Shown piece after piece: positions 1 to 8,912 of a stretch of DNA of 32,000 nt. Location: the NCBI GenBank assembly GCA_025340205.1, contig CP006868.1:810001-842000 (forward strand), in the 5' to 3' direction. This DNA comes from Ignicoccus pacificus DSM 13166 (GTDB lineage: Archaea; Thermoproteota; Thermoprotei_A; Sulfolobales; Ignicoccaceae). Both the position numbers and the translations under genes were made by a program. The stretch's first letter is position 1, and each line of letters begins with the position of its first letter. Under the pieces are notes generated by a model that did not search any database, was not told where the DNA came from, and saw only the letters and a program-made list of their open reading frames with translations.

Positions 1-751
1 GGGGGCGTCCCTTGGAGTGGATGAAGTAAGGCTTTACACAGACGTTGATGGCATAAAGACTGCCAACCCTAAGGAATTCCCAAACGCCATAACGATTCGT
101 GAACTCAGTGTATACGAAGCTATTGAAATGGCAAGGCTTGGAGCCAAGAAACTACACCCAAGGACGTTTGAGCCCGTTCTAAGAAGGCCTGTTGACGTGA
201 GAGTTCTTTCACTCTACGATCCACAAGGAAATAGTACGTTAATATCATATGGTAAAAAGGGTCCGAAACTGAAGTCAGTGGCAATGATAAATGAAATGAC
301 AATAATCACAGTGAAAGGCGTTGGTATGGTTGGGATGAGAGGTACCGCAGCAAAGGTCATGGAGGCCGCGGCTAAAATCGGAGCCAACATTTACGCGATC
401 TCACAACCTATATCGGAGACTTCAATTTCCATAGTAGTCAAGGAGGAGAAGGCTGAGGCGGCGGCTAAAGCCATCAAGGCATCCTTAGAGGGAAGTGGGA
501 TAAACGTGGAGGTCGAACTACGGAAGAACATCTCTACTGTATCCGTCGTTGGTAAGGGCCTCGAAAATCCCTCATTTGTAGGTGATGTGCTCTCGATGCT
601 CGAGGACATGCCAGTATTAATGATAGCCAAGGGTCCACTTGATCTCAGCCTAAGCGTAATCACGCCCACAAAGTATGCAAAGGAGGTCGCCTCAAGGTAT
701 CACGAAGAGATATTGAGGGAGATGAAGGAATATTATGGGGAAGCCAAGTAA
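1..751 (+). CDS. Aspartate kinase, C-terminal part (truncated at window left edge), with tandem ACT domains
   Basis: Frame is open to the window edge (GASLGVDEVRLYTDVDGIKTANP...). 'YTDVDGI.TANP', 'GAKKLHP' and the ACT-like 'ITVKGVGMVGMRGTAAKVMEAAAKIGANIYAISQ' and 'STVSVVGKGLENPS' are aspartokinase hallmarks. Confidence 0.93.
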   Translation, partial: GASLGVDEVRLYTDVDGIKTANPKEFPNAITIRELSVYEAIEMARLGAKKLHPRTFEPVLRRPVDVRVLSLYDPQGNSTLISYGKKGPKLKSVAMINEMTIITVKGVGMVGMRGTAAKVMEAAAKIGANIYAISQPISETSISIVVKEEKAEAAAKAIKASLEGSGINVEVELRKNISTVSVVGKGLENPSFVGDVLSMLEDMPVLMIAKGPLDLSLSVITPTKYAKEVASRYHEEILREMKEYYGEAK

Positions 752-1761
752 ATATTGTCCTTGTTTTCTCTTACCTTTACCACAACTCTCCTACCAACCT
801 CCCCACGTACCTTAACGACTGTCATGACTACGTCCTTACGAGGTAGGGGTACTGCCAACCACTCTCCTTTGAGCAACCCCCTTCCTATTATCTCTACTTT
901 TACTCTTTCTCCCTTCTTATAGATCTCCGGGATCTTAGGAGCTTGGTGCATGCCCCATTCTTCCATACTCCATTTCAATCGAACCCCTAGCTCCTTCTCC
1001 GTTTTCTCTATCCATTTCCAAAATTCCTCCCAGCTCATTTCCTTTACACCTTTAACTTTCCTTCCTCTTTTGTGTACAACATACTTCTGTACTGTGAACG
1101 GTGGCCATCTCTTGCCTACTCCTATCTCTTTGCCCCATAATATTACCTCCTTCACATCTTCTTCGTTTATTCCAGGTAACAACACTGGTGTTAGATGAAC
1201 ATCTACGTCAGTTTCTTTAACTAGTTTTTCGATAACCTCGATGACCTTCTTCACATCAAAGTCTTGTCTACCGGCTAAGTACTTCGCCTTTACTGGATCT
1301 AATGTGTCTATGCTTAGATTTATTCTATCTAGGCCGGCCTCCGCTAATTCAAACGCTATCTCCTCGTTCAGTCTAACTCCGTGTGTTTCCAATGCCACGC
1401 TTTTAACACCATCGATCTCCTTCATACTCTTTACGACATTAGTAATGTGGGGATGTTCTAGGGGATCCCCGACGCCATCGAGCAATATTTCCACGTCTCC
1501 ACCCTTGAACTTTACAACGTCCGCTACCCACCTCTTAAGCCATTCTAAGTCATCGACAATGTAATCAACCCATCTCTTTCTTGAACAAGGGCCGGCGTCC
1601 ACGCTACAGAAGATACAACAAAGAGCACAGATGCTGGTTACCCTAACCTGAAGTACGTTCGTTCCCCTATCTATTATACCGAACGCTGTAGTACCTATTA
1701 GAGGCCATGGTTCTCTGACGCTTAACGTTACTCTGGGATGCTCAAATGCTCTCGGCATCAT
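733..1761 (-). CDS. Radical SAM protein with C-terminal TRAM-like beta domain (archaeal Fe-S oxidoreductase family)
   Basis: CX3CX2C motif in 'ICALCCIFCSVDAG', then 'DGVGDPLEHP' and 'INLSIDTLDP'. The basic C-terminus 'KGERVKVEIIGRGLLKGEWLAVPL' resembles TRAM. The 3' end overlaps the aspartokinase by 19 nt; the start may be 1758 or 1761. Confidence 0.85.
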   Translation of the reverse strand: MMPRAFEHPRVTLSVREPWPLIGTTAFGIIDRGTNVLQVRVTSICALCCIFCSVDAGPCSRKRWVDYIVDDLEWLKRWVADVVKFKGGDVEILLDGVGDPLEHPHITNVVKSMKEIDGVKSVALETHGVRLNEEIAFELAEAGLDRINLSIDTLDPVKAKYLAGRQDFDVKKVIEVIEKLVKETDVDVHLTPVLLPGINEEDVKEVILWGKEIGVGKRWPPFTVQKYVVHKRGRKVKGVKEMSWEEFWKWIEKTEKELGVRLKWSMEEWGMHQAPKIPEIYKKGERVKVEIIGRGLLKGEWLAVPLPRKDVVMTVVKVRGEVGRRVVVKVRENKDNIYLASP

Positions 1762-1800
1762 TTATTCCCCTCCCATCTCATGAAAGCTGGGAAATATTGG

Positions 1801-3279
1801 ATGAGGACGTCTATAGCGTTAGCCTTACTCGTCGGACTCGTGTTCGCTCAAACAAATCCCATAGTGACGATAATAAGGACGAACATCCAACAACAAGTAC
1901 TATATGCCCTAGCACAGAATTACTGTGGCGTAAAGGTTAGGTGGGAAAGTTTTTACTATACCGTAACGAACATGAAGAGCGCCCTAGATCAAGCGAAATC
2001 ATCTTACGATAACTTAGTCAAGCTCCTAAAGCCAGGAGGTGCCTTATATAATACTATAATGGCATGGAACCAGAACTATATAAATGGCTTTAATGGTATG
2101 AAGAATTACGTAACGACTTATTTGATAAACTTGCGCGGCTTGGTTTCATCCCTTAACGCAGCTTCCGCTTACTTACAAGGCGTATACGGCCAAACTACCA
2201 GAACCCAATTGATTAGTAGCTACGCCAATCAACTACTCGGAATCTACAACAACGTCTGGAATTACCTCCAATCTTACAAGGCTCGGGAACTCATGGTCGA
2301 CTTAACGCGAGCCACACAATTGATTCACTATAAGGAGACTTTAGCTGTCCTGAACAAGACTTCTATAACGCCAGCCATACTATCTTTGATTACATCTAAG
2401 GACATACTTTCCGTAAACCCTTCCGCGAGTAATGCTTGGCTCAGTTTCGCCGTTTGTAGTACAGACTACGCTAACAATACCTACAAAGAATGTTTCGCAA
2501 ACCTTAATGGTACTTCAACATATGGACCTATTTATGTGGGTTTCAATAGTAATGTAAATTACAATCTATATAAACTATATTACGCACCTAATCTAGGAGC
2601 CTCATGCCCCATAAACGTTGGTCAAATTCACACATACATGGTGAACCTCTACAACAACTACGCCACTATATACAACTACTATACAACCAATGTAATGCCG
2701 TGGGAAGTCAGACTCGAGCAAGCGCAAAACTTACTTCAAGGTATAATCTCAACTATGCTTAATGATCTCTTATCTCCCATAACGTCATCAATAAACATAC
2801 TAAAGGGAAGCACTACCTCCAATATCGTTAACAGCTGCTTAAGTTTGACTAAAACAACGCCTTCGGTAAACATCCAACAATTAGACTTGAGGAACCCCAC
2901 CCAAGTGGCTAGCTTCTTGAACTCCGTAGCCAACAACTTGAATAACGCGTATGACAACCTTTACAACGCGATCAACTGTATAGAATTCTACTTACCATCC
3001 CTACAGAACAGCGCCCAGATCTATCTTAACGCGTTAGCGAATAGATTCAAACAACTCAGCGGGGGGGTAGATATAGAAACGTGGGCCCAAGAGCATGGAA
3101 TTCAATGCACATATAACCCTACCACCTCACCGGTCACAGTCCTGAAAACAATTATCAACACCTACTATTCTCTCCTTGATCCTAACAGCCCCACTAGTTT
3201 CGTAAGGAACATCAACGTAACGACTCCGGCCGGCGTTCTGTCCCCTAGAGCTTTAAGCGAAGGAGGTCTTTGTGGCTAG
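1801..3279 (+). CDS. Secreted or surface protein of unknown function (Asn/Tyr/Thr-rich, predicted helical)
   Basis: The start at 1801 gives a clean signal peptide, 'MRTSIALALLVGLVFAQTN'. The ORF track's start at 1738 adds an unlikely N-extension overlapping the divergent gene. Long open frame of about 490 aa. Confidence 0.75.
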   Translation: MRTSIALALLVGLVFAQTNPIVTIIRTNIQQQVLYALAQNYCGVKVRWESFYYTVTNMKSALDQAKSSYDNLVKLLKPGGALYNTIMAWNQNYINGFNGMKNYVTTYLINLRGLVSSLNAASAYLQGVYGQTTRTQLISSYANQLLGIYNNVWNYLQSYKARELMVDLTRATQLIHYKETLAVLNKTSITPAILSLITSKDILSVNPSASNAWLSFAVCSTDYANNTYKECFANLNGTSTYGPIYVGFNSNVNYNLYKLYYAPNLGASCPINVGQIHTYMVNLYNNYATIYNYYTTNVMPWEVRLEQAQNLLQGIISTMLNDLLSPITSSINILKGSTTSNIVNSCLSLTKTTPSVNIQQLDLRNPTQVASFLNSVANNLNNAYDNLYNAINCIEFYLPSLQNSAQIYLNALANRFKQLSGGVDIETWAQEHGIQCTYNPTTSPVTVLKTIINTYYSLLDPNSPTSFVRNINVTTPAGVLSPRALSEGGLCG

Positions 3280-3281
3280 CC

Positions 3282-3642
3282 GGGGACAGACCCGGGGTAG
3301 GGCCGGAGGGTCGCCCCTCCTCCCCCCGAGGGATCTCGGGGCCCGAAACGGGGCACTAACGCGGGGGCCAGTAACTCCCCGGAGGCTTCGCCCGGAGACC
3401 CCTCGGGGGACCGGGGGGTTCCGATGATCCTCGCCCCACGGGGCCCACGGTGGCGGAGCCTCCGCCGGAGGGCGGAGGTTAACCGCCTTAACCGGGGGAA
3501 CCAGGTCAGGCCCGGAAGGGAGCAGCCTAACCCCGGCCGTGGGCGTTCGTGGGTCAACGGGGTGAGGGACCTCCCGGAGAACCCCCGAGGGGGAGCCCTC
3601 ACGGGGCACCGGGCGAGGTCCCGGGGAGGTCCCGGGGTCCAC
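3282..3642 (+). ncRNA. Archaeal signal recognition particle (7S) RNA; ends approximate
   Basis: Contains the near-universal SRP helix 8 'CCAGGTCAGGCCCGGAAGGGAGCAGCC' (3501-3527) inside a GC-rich, extensively self-complementary stretch. 'CCCGAAAC' near 3344 resembles the Alu-domain motif. Sharp GC change from flanking DNA. Boundaries are +/-20 nt or worse. Confidence 0.92.
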
Positions 3643-3689
3643 ACCATCTCGTTTTATCTCCTCCCCCTATTACTAACCTCGAAGGAAGG

Positions 3690-4484
3690 ATGCTGGATCT
3701 ATTGGATGGATTAATCAAAATAACGCAGACCTCAAGCTTGGTCTTGGGTGGTGCGATAGCATGCTTTATAGCTCCTAACTGTAAGAATTTGTTCTTACTT
3801 ACTATCGCCCTCTTCCTAGACATAGCTGGAACGACTATTCTTAATATGGTTATAGATAAAGACATTGACTCGTTAATGAAGCGCACACAGAGTAGACCCA
3901 TACCTTCTAGAAGAGTTTCGTCGACAATAGCACTAGTGATAGGTATTATTATGACCCTTTCTGGTATTCTCGTCGCATTTGAGATAAATACGCTAACGGG
4001 GGTCGCAGCTTTCTTAGGGGCATTCATCGATGCTGTTCTCTATTCTATGCTACTAAAGAGAAGAACTTGGTTGAGTCCTCTAATAGGTGGAATAGCGGGT
4101 GCGATGCCATTCTATGGAGGTTGGGTAGCTGGGGGTGGAGATCCTATCCTAGGCTTAGTTTATATACCGATAATAACCTTTTGGTCTTGCTCTCATATAT
4201 GGGCACTTAACGCGTCCTTCTACGACGATTACATGAGAGCGAGGATTCCGACTCTTGTGAGTGAATTTAAGGGTTCGTTCAAGTACATCTCTGCCTCGGT
4301 TCTACTTATAGCCTCTGTACTTACCTCGTTTTTCATTGGTGGCCTATCCTTATTGTTAATTGCAATAACTGGACTGTACTTGTATTTTATGTTAAAGAAT
4401 AACTTTAAGCATTCTTTTAAAATAGCAACGATATGGTTAGTTTTGTTCTATATACTTTTACTACTTCATAAACTATATCTCTAA
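3690..4484 (+). CDS. UbiA-family prenyltransferase, protoheme IX farnesyltransferase (CtaB)-like
   Basis: 'NMVIDKDIDSLMKRTQSRPIPSRRVSS' matches the NxxxDxxxD Asp-rich motif and RTxxRP of heme O synthase-type UbiA proteins. Multiple TM helices. The start at 3690 avoids the SRP RNA that the track ORF overlaps. Confidence 0.87.
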   Translation: MLDLLDGLIKITQTSSLVLGGAIACFIAPNCKNLFLLTIALFLDIAGTTILNMVIDKDIDSLMKRTQSRPIPSRRVSSTIALVIGIIMTLSGILVAFEINTLTGVAAFLGAFIDAVLYSMLLKRRTWLSPLIGGIAGAMPFYGGWVAGGGDPILGLVYIPIITFWSCSHIWALNASFYDDYMRARIPTLVSEFKGSFKYISASVLLIASVLTSFFIGGLSLLLIAITGLYLYFMLKNNFKHSFKIATIWLVLFYILLLLHKLYL

Positions 4485-5085
4485 GTAGAAGCGGACAAGG
4501 AAGCATCAGTATGAATATACCAGGATGTACCAAATACCTCACCACATCTCTGTCACCTTGTCTAATATACTCGTAGAAGAAGCGTTTAGATACTTCACAA
4601 TTGGGCCAATTAGCTAAAATAAAGAAAGTCATTGCAACAATGAGATCAGCCACTCTATGTTTGCTTTCACAGCTTCGTATTGCTTGTTCGGCATCGATAA
4701 TGATTATTCTACCGCTTTTATCCACGATGAAATTATCGTATTTCGTATCTCCTAGACACCAGCACATTTTATGTAAGTCAACTATAATCTTAACCACTTC
4801 CTTATAGTCTTTTTCCGAGAGAGCTTTTCCCTCAACGTACTCTCTAATTATAACACCTGGTGCCCACGCTATTACCTCTGGTGAATTATCATATTCTGTC
4901 ATAAACACTACTTCTCTTGCGGTTCTTTCCAAAGGATCTAGGGAGTAAGGATAGATTCCAAATAGAAGAATTCTTGCTGGCAACCATTTTAAGGAACGTA
5001 TCCCCTTCATGGACTTTACTATAACACGAGATACTTTCTTAGATTGATATAAGCTCTTTAAAAAGAATGTTAATATTTTACCCAA
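4417..5085 (-). CDS. Protein-kinase-fold small kinase (KdkA/RIO/Bud32-like), uncharacterised
   Basis: Possible beta3 Lys in 'RVIVKSMKG'. 'LHKMCWCLGDTKYDNFIV' resembles the catalytic loop and 'IIIDAEQA' the DFG equivalent. A TTG start at 5085 keeps the beta3 Lys and overlaps the nuoN stop by 8 nt, like the other junctions in this operon. Confidence 0.6.
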   Translation of the reverse strand: MGKILTFFLKSLYQSKKVSRVIVKSMKGIRSLKWLPARILLFGIYPYSLDPLERTAREVVFMTEYDNSPEVIAWAPGVIIREYVEGKALSEKDYKEVVKIIVDLHKMCWCLGDTKYDNFIVDKSGRIIIIDAEQAIRSCESKHRVADLIVAMTFFILANWPNCEVSKRFFYEYIRQGDRDVVRYLVHPGIFILMLPCPLLLRDIVYEVVKVYRTKLTISLLF

Positions 5086-6394
5086 GCGTGGGCACCGGCC
5101 ACAGAGGATAGAAGTATAATATAATAAGCATGGCGGCAAGGACCCAGAGCAACATCTCGAGGGAGGGTAGCGAGATCACTTGGTCCTTCTCTGGCTTCTT
5201 GGTGACTGCCGCAACTATCTTAATGTACCCATATCCTGAAGCTGCTGTAAACACCAACGAGACCACGGCTACTCCTATAAGTAAGGCTGGCGGTAAACTT
5301 TTTGCGTTGAAGAGATTTATCAATGCCATCAGCTTGGCACTAAAGCCCGCTGTCGGCGGGATTCCCAGTAAGCTAAGTGCAGCTATGGCAACTGCCAGAG
5401 CAGTCAAGGGTCTTTTGTATAGTACCTTTAGATCCATTATCTCGCTCTCCCCCTCGCCCTTTACCAATAATACGGAGCTGAAGGCTATGGTATTTGCTAT
5501 TGAGTATACCAGCGCATAGTACGCTATTACCGCTGCAGAGAGTTGGCCTGGATAGGCTAGAGCTAGTGCTACGAAGCCGGCATGTGCGATACTTGAGAAC
5601 GAAAGCATCCTCTTCATCTTATTAGTAGTCACCATACCCGCCGCTCCTACTATGTTAGAGAGAGCTGCAAGGAGAAGGGCTGGTATCAGTATTTGCCAAT
5701 AGCTCACGCTATAAGCTAACCTTAGGGGTCCCACGCTCAGTATAGCGAGCGCTAGCATTGCACCAACCTTCACAGCACTTGATAGGTATATCGAAGCGCT
5801 AGTACTGCTCTCAGAATACACATCGACAGCCCAAGTATGCATAGGACTAATTGCTAGTTTCACCATAATCGAAGCCAGCATCAATACTATTCCTACTATC
5901 GCCGTACTGGTCTGCGTGAAGTGCACCAAGTCAGTAGTGTGACTGCCAGCGAAGTAGAAGGCCAAACCTAAGAACAGCATGGCAGCAGCAAACACGCTGA
6001 AGATCAAGTACGTGACCACAACCTTGATCTTTTCCTTGGCTCCTGGATAGAACGCGACTGCTGCTGCAGTAAGTGACATTGCCTCTAGTGATATAGCCAA
6101 CGTAGCTAGGTTCCTTGAGGCAGCTACCAAGTAGCCGCTTAGCGTGAGTATGGTCACTAGCAAGACGAAATGCCGTTGTGGTTTCTTGTGAAACATGAGT
6201 GTTATAACTGCTGGTATTGCTATCGCTAACATTCCCAGCCTCGTGAAATCATCCCCCACCAAACTTCCAAACTTTCCATGAGCGAAGAATATCGATGCCA
6301 CTAGGAGTATTGAGGAGAGGTATCTGCTCAACCCTACCGGGAAGACCAGAGCTTGTGCTATAGCTATGAAGCTTAGAAGCAGAGCCCAGATCAC
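5078..6394 (-). CDS. nuoN: NADH-quinone oxidoreductase subunit N-like (proton-pumping antiporter-type subunit)
   Basis: 'VKLAISPMHTWAVDVYSES' and 'LEAMSL' are typical of NuoN. About 13 hydrophobic segments. Overlaps nuoK by 4 nt. Confidence 0.87.
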   Translation of the reverse strand: MIWALLLSFIAIAQALVFPVGLSRYLSSILLVASIFFAHGKFGSLVGDDFTRLGMLAIAIPAVITLMFHKKPQRHFVLLVTILTLSGYLVAASRNLATLAISLEAMSLTAAAVAFYPGAKEKIKVVVTYLIFSVFAAAMLFLGLAFYFAGSHTTDLVHFTQTSTAIVGIVLMLASIMVKLAISPMHTWAVDVYSESSTSASIYLSSAVKVGAMLALAILSVGPLRLAYSVSYWQILIPALLLAALSNIVGAAGMVTTNKMKRMLSFSSIAHAGFVALALAYPGQLSAAVIAYYALVYSIANTIAFSSVLLVKGEGESEIMDLKVLYKRPLTALAVAIAALSLLGIPPTAGFSAKLMALINLFNAKSLPPALLIGVAVVSLVFTAASGYGYIKIVAAVTKKPEKDQVISLPSLEMLLWVLAAMLIILYFYPLWPVPTLG

Positions 6395-6708
6395 TTCTCC
6401 TCACCCCCTTCATCTTTTTTCTTAAACACAATCACATCGAACGTTCCTAAGGTTCTAGTCATGAGAGTAGCCGTAGCAATTAGGAGGGCGCCTTCAATAC
6501 CTATAGCGATAAGCGCGAGCAGACCGAGAACCTCACCCATACTCTTCCAAAGCGCAACTGCAGCCGCACCCATTATGGTTACAGTAGCCGCACCAACTAT
6601 TTCTAAGGATATCATTATCCTTACCAAGTTTCTTCTAGCTACGAGACCATACAATCCAATGACGAATAGAGGTACAGTTGCCCATATTGCCGGACCGAGT
6701 TCACTCAT
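6391..6708 (-). CDS. nuoK: NADH-quinone oxidoreductase subunit K-like
   Basis: Small 3-TM protein with 'GLYGLVARRNLVRIMISLEI' and 'ALIAIGIEGALLIATA'. Sits between nuoJ and nuoN. Confidence 0.87.
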   Translation of the reverse strand: MSELGPAIWATVPLFVIGLYGLVARRNLVRIMISLEIVGAATVTIMGAAAVALWKSMGEVLGLLALIAIGIEGALLIATATLMTRTLGTFDVIVFKKKDEGGEEK

Positions 6709-7192
6709 GTTCCTTCACCTCCTGTATTGATACGTATCTAATAACATAGGCTGAAGCAATTAGCGCCACTAATAGCAATACGCTTAACGCGGCCATCAAA
6801 CCCAAATCAGAGAACAACACCTTAGCAATACTCTTTGCGGTAGAAGAATAGAACGTAATCATTCCAGGGGTGGATATAGTTAGGAAGCCAATGCTAAACC
6901 CCAATATGGCCAAGGTAACTGCTGCTATCTTACCGGCCTCCGGTGCCTTGAGTACTTCTCTCCTCTGACTAGCTGTCACTGCTGCGTAGATAGCTAGAAT
7001 GGCCACCGCTCCAGCACCGAGAAGAACTTGCATGGCCCCAATGAACCAAGCACCTATTGAAAGGAGGGCCAGCCCACTTAACAAGAAGACCGCTACCAAA
7101 GCAGCTGCAGCTCTCACCAAGTCCTCGTCCCAAAGTGTAGCGGCTGCGAAGAGTGTGGCTGCTCCCATCAGCAGTATGAAGACCTCTATCAT
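6701..7192 (-). CDS. nuoJ: NADH-quinone oxidoreductase subunit J-like
   Basis: 5-TM protein with 'GAWFIGAMQVLLGAGAVAILAIYAAV'. Upstream of nuoK with an 8-nt overlap. Confidence 0.83.
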   Translation of the reverse strand: MIEVFILLMGAATLFAAATLWDEDLVRAAAALVAVFLLSGLALLSIGAWFIGAMQVLLGAGAVAILAIYAAVTASQRREVLKAPEAGKIAAVTLAILGFSIGFLTISTPGMITFYSSTAKSIAKVLFSDLGLMAALSVLLLVALIASAYVIRYVSIQEVKEHE

Positions 7193-7761
7193 TTCTTACC
7201 CCCCGTGCTTTTCTCCTCTAGTCTCTTTTTGATTTCTTCAGCCTTTCTCTTTATTAATGGCTCTACTCTATCATAGTCTACCGCGTCATACTCCCAGCCC
7301 TTTTCCTTGATCAATTCAGTGAAGGCTGCCCACTCCCATGGCTCCCACATCACCTTTTTCTTTGAACTAACGATGCTTATCACTGATGAATGAGAAAGGG
7401 CACCGGAGACCGGTGGACATGCATCAACGCAGAGACCACAGAAGAGACAATGCGTTGGCTCGAACGCTATGTAAACTCCTGGTTTATTCTTGTCTGTCTT
7501 TGGACCACTACGACGGTACAGACAATTGTTAGGGCACGCTAGTATACAAGCTCCACATCCGATACACTTCTCTATATCATAGGTAAGCACACCCCTGAAC
7601 GCCTCTGGGAGCTTGTTCTTTTCATAAGGATAGAGTGTGGTTGGTCTACTCTTGAAGAAGTATTCGGCGGTCGCCAGTAACGACCTCACTAATCCGCTAG
7701 CACCTTTGCTGAGACGCCACCTACCTCTAACTTCTACGAACTTCTCAGTCTTGGTGCTCAT
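7189..7761 (-). CDS. nuoI: NADH-quinone oxidoreductase subunit I-like, 2x[4Fe-4S] ferredoxin
   Basis: Two intact cluster motifs, 'CIGCGACILACP' and 'CLFCGLCVDACPP'. Syntenic with H and J. Confidence 0.93.
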   Translation of the reverse strand: MSTKTEKFVEVRGRWRLSKGASGLVRSLLATAEYFFKSRPTTLYPYEKNKLPEAFRGVLTYDIEKCIGCGACILACPNNCLYRRSGPKTDKNKPGVYIAFEPTHCLFCGLCVDACPPVSGALSHSSVISIVSSKKKVMWEPWEWAAFTELIKEKGWEYDAVDYDRVEPLIKRKAEEIKKRLEEKSTGGKK

Positions 7762-8846
7762 GCTACAACACCTCCTGCTCTAAGCGCTATTGATATTACA
7801 AGGGCTATTATGCTAAGTATTAGAAGCTTGAACCACCCGAACTCGAGTATTTGGTCAACTCTGGGTCTGGCTACGCTAGCCCTGACCCAGATGAATACGA
7901 GGAACACTGCTACCAACTTTATCGTGAACCATATTGCATTACTCAAGCTTATAGGTATACCAGGTATAGCTGGCCCTAGCCAGCCGCCTAATAGTAATAG
8001 GGTCACCAATCCAGCAGCGTATATAGCTTTGCTATACAAGTACAGACCGTAGAGTAGTATGAACTCGCCCGCTCCGTATTCTATATTCCATCCATGTACT
8101 ATCTCTTGTTCGGCTTCTGGGTGATCAAAAGGTGGTCTCTCACTTTCCGCTAGGAGAGCTATAAATAGCACTAATGCGAGAACTGGATTAACGAATATGA
8201 ACCATCCTGATGCTTGCTTCTGGACGATCCCGTAGATGCTTACTCCTCCTAGTATGGCGGCAGCAGCTATCGCTATGAGGAATGGAATTTCATACGTGAC
8301 CAACATCAATACCGTTCTAAAAGCAGCAAGAGCGCTATACTTGTTAGATTGCGCCCAAGCTAGGACGTACATCAAAGGCATACTGAGAGCTACTATAGCT
8401 ACGTATCCTAGAAGTCCTATTCCAGGAGCATAGTGATCCATAAGCAGTGAAATGCTATACTTCGTTAAGTCTACCTTTATTCCTATTAACTTCAAGATAC
8501 CATCTAGTCCCGATATTGCTACGTAATCGAAGGGCAGCAGTATCAAAGGTACCGTTATTATGGCAATTACTACCAATGGTATCGCATAATAGAATACCTT
8601 CATTACTCTGCGTGGTGAGAATAGTTCTTTTGATAGATACTTCAGGAAATCCGATATTAGCTGTAGCAATCCAGCGTAACCCACATGCGCTGGTCCATAT
8701 CTTTGCATTATCCTTCCCCATACCTTTCTCTCTAAATATATCGTAATGAAATCAAGTAAACCAGCGTAGGCGAAGGCTAAGATGACTGATCCCAGCGCCG
8801 CTGCCAGTATGATGACCGCGTTCAACATATTAGCGAACCCACACAA
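7758..8846 (-). CDS. nuoH: NADH-quinone oxidoreductase subunit H-like
   Basis: 'YLERKVWGRIMQRYGPAHVGYAGLLQLISDFLK' and 'LLAESERPPFDHPEAEQEIVHGWNIEYG' are diagnostic of NuoH. Confidence 0.96.
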   Translation of the reverse strand: MCGFANMLNAVIILAAALGSVILAFAYAGLLDFITIYLERKVWGRIMQRYGPAHVGYAGLLQLISDFLKYLSKELFSPRRVMKVFYYAIPLVVIAIITVPLILLPFDYVAISGLDGILKLIGIKVDLTKYSISLLMDHYAPGIGLLGYVAIVALSMPLMYVLAWAQSNKYSALAAFRTVLMLVTYEIPFLIAIAAAAILGGVSIYGIVQKQASGWFIFVNPVLALVLFIALLAESERPPFDHPEAEQEIVHGWNIEYGAGEFILLYGLYLYSKAIYAAGLVTLLLLGGWLGPAIPGIPISLSNAIWFTIKLVAVFLVFIWVRASVARPRVDQILEFGWFKLLILSIIALVISIALRAGGVVA

Positions 8847-8912
8847 TTCCCATAGGCCTAGGTTATCAAAGTTGCTTCATAAAAATCCTAGCTAACCCAA
8901 AGAGTCGCGGTG

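Noticed and set aside
3253-3714. Overlapping ORFs in the GC-rich block (3253..3642 -, 3276..3647 -, 3424..3714 +, and the 5' part of 3549..4484)
   Set aside because: Low-complexity Pro/Gly/Arg-rich translations coincide with the SRP RNA. Stops are simply rare in GC-rich DNA.
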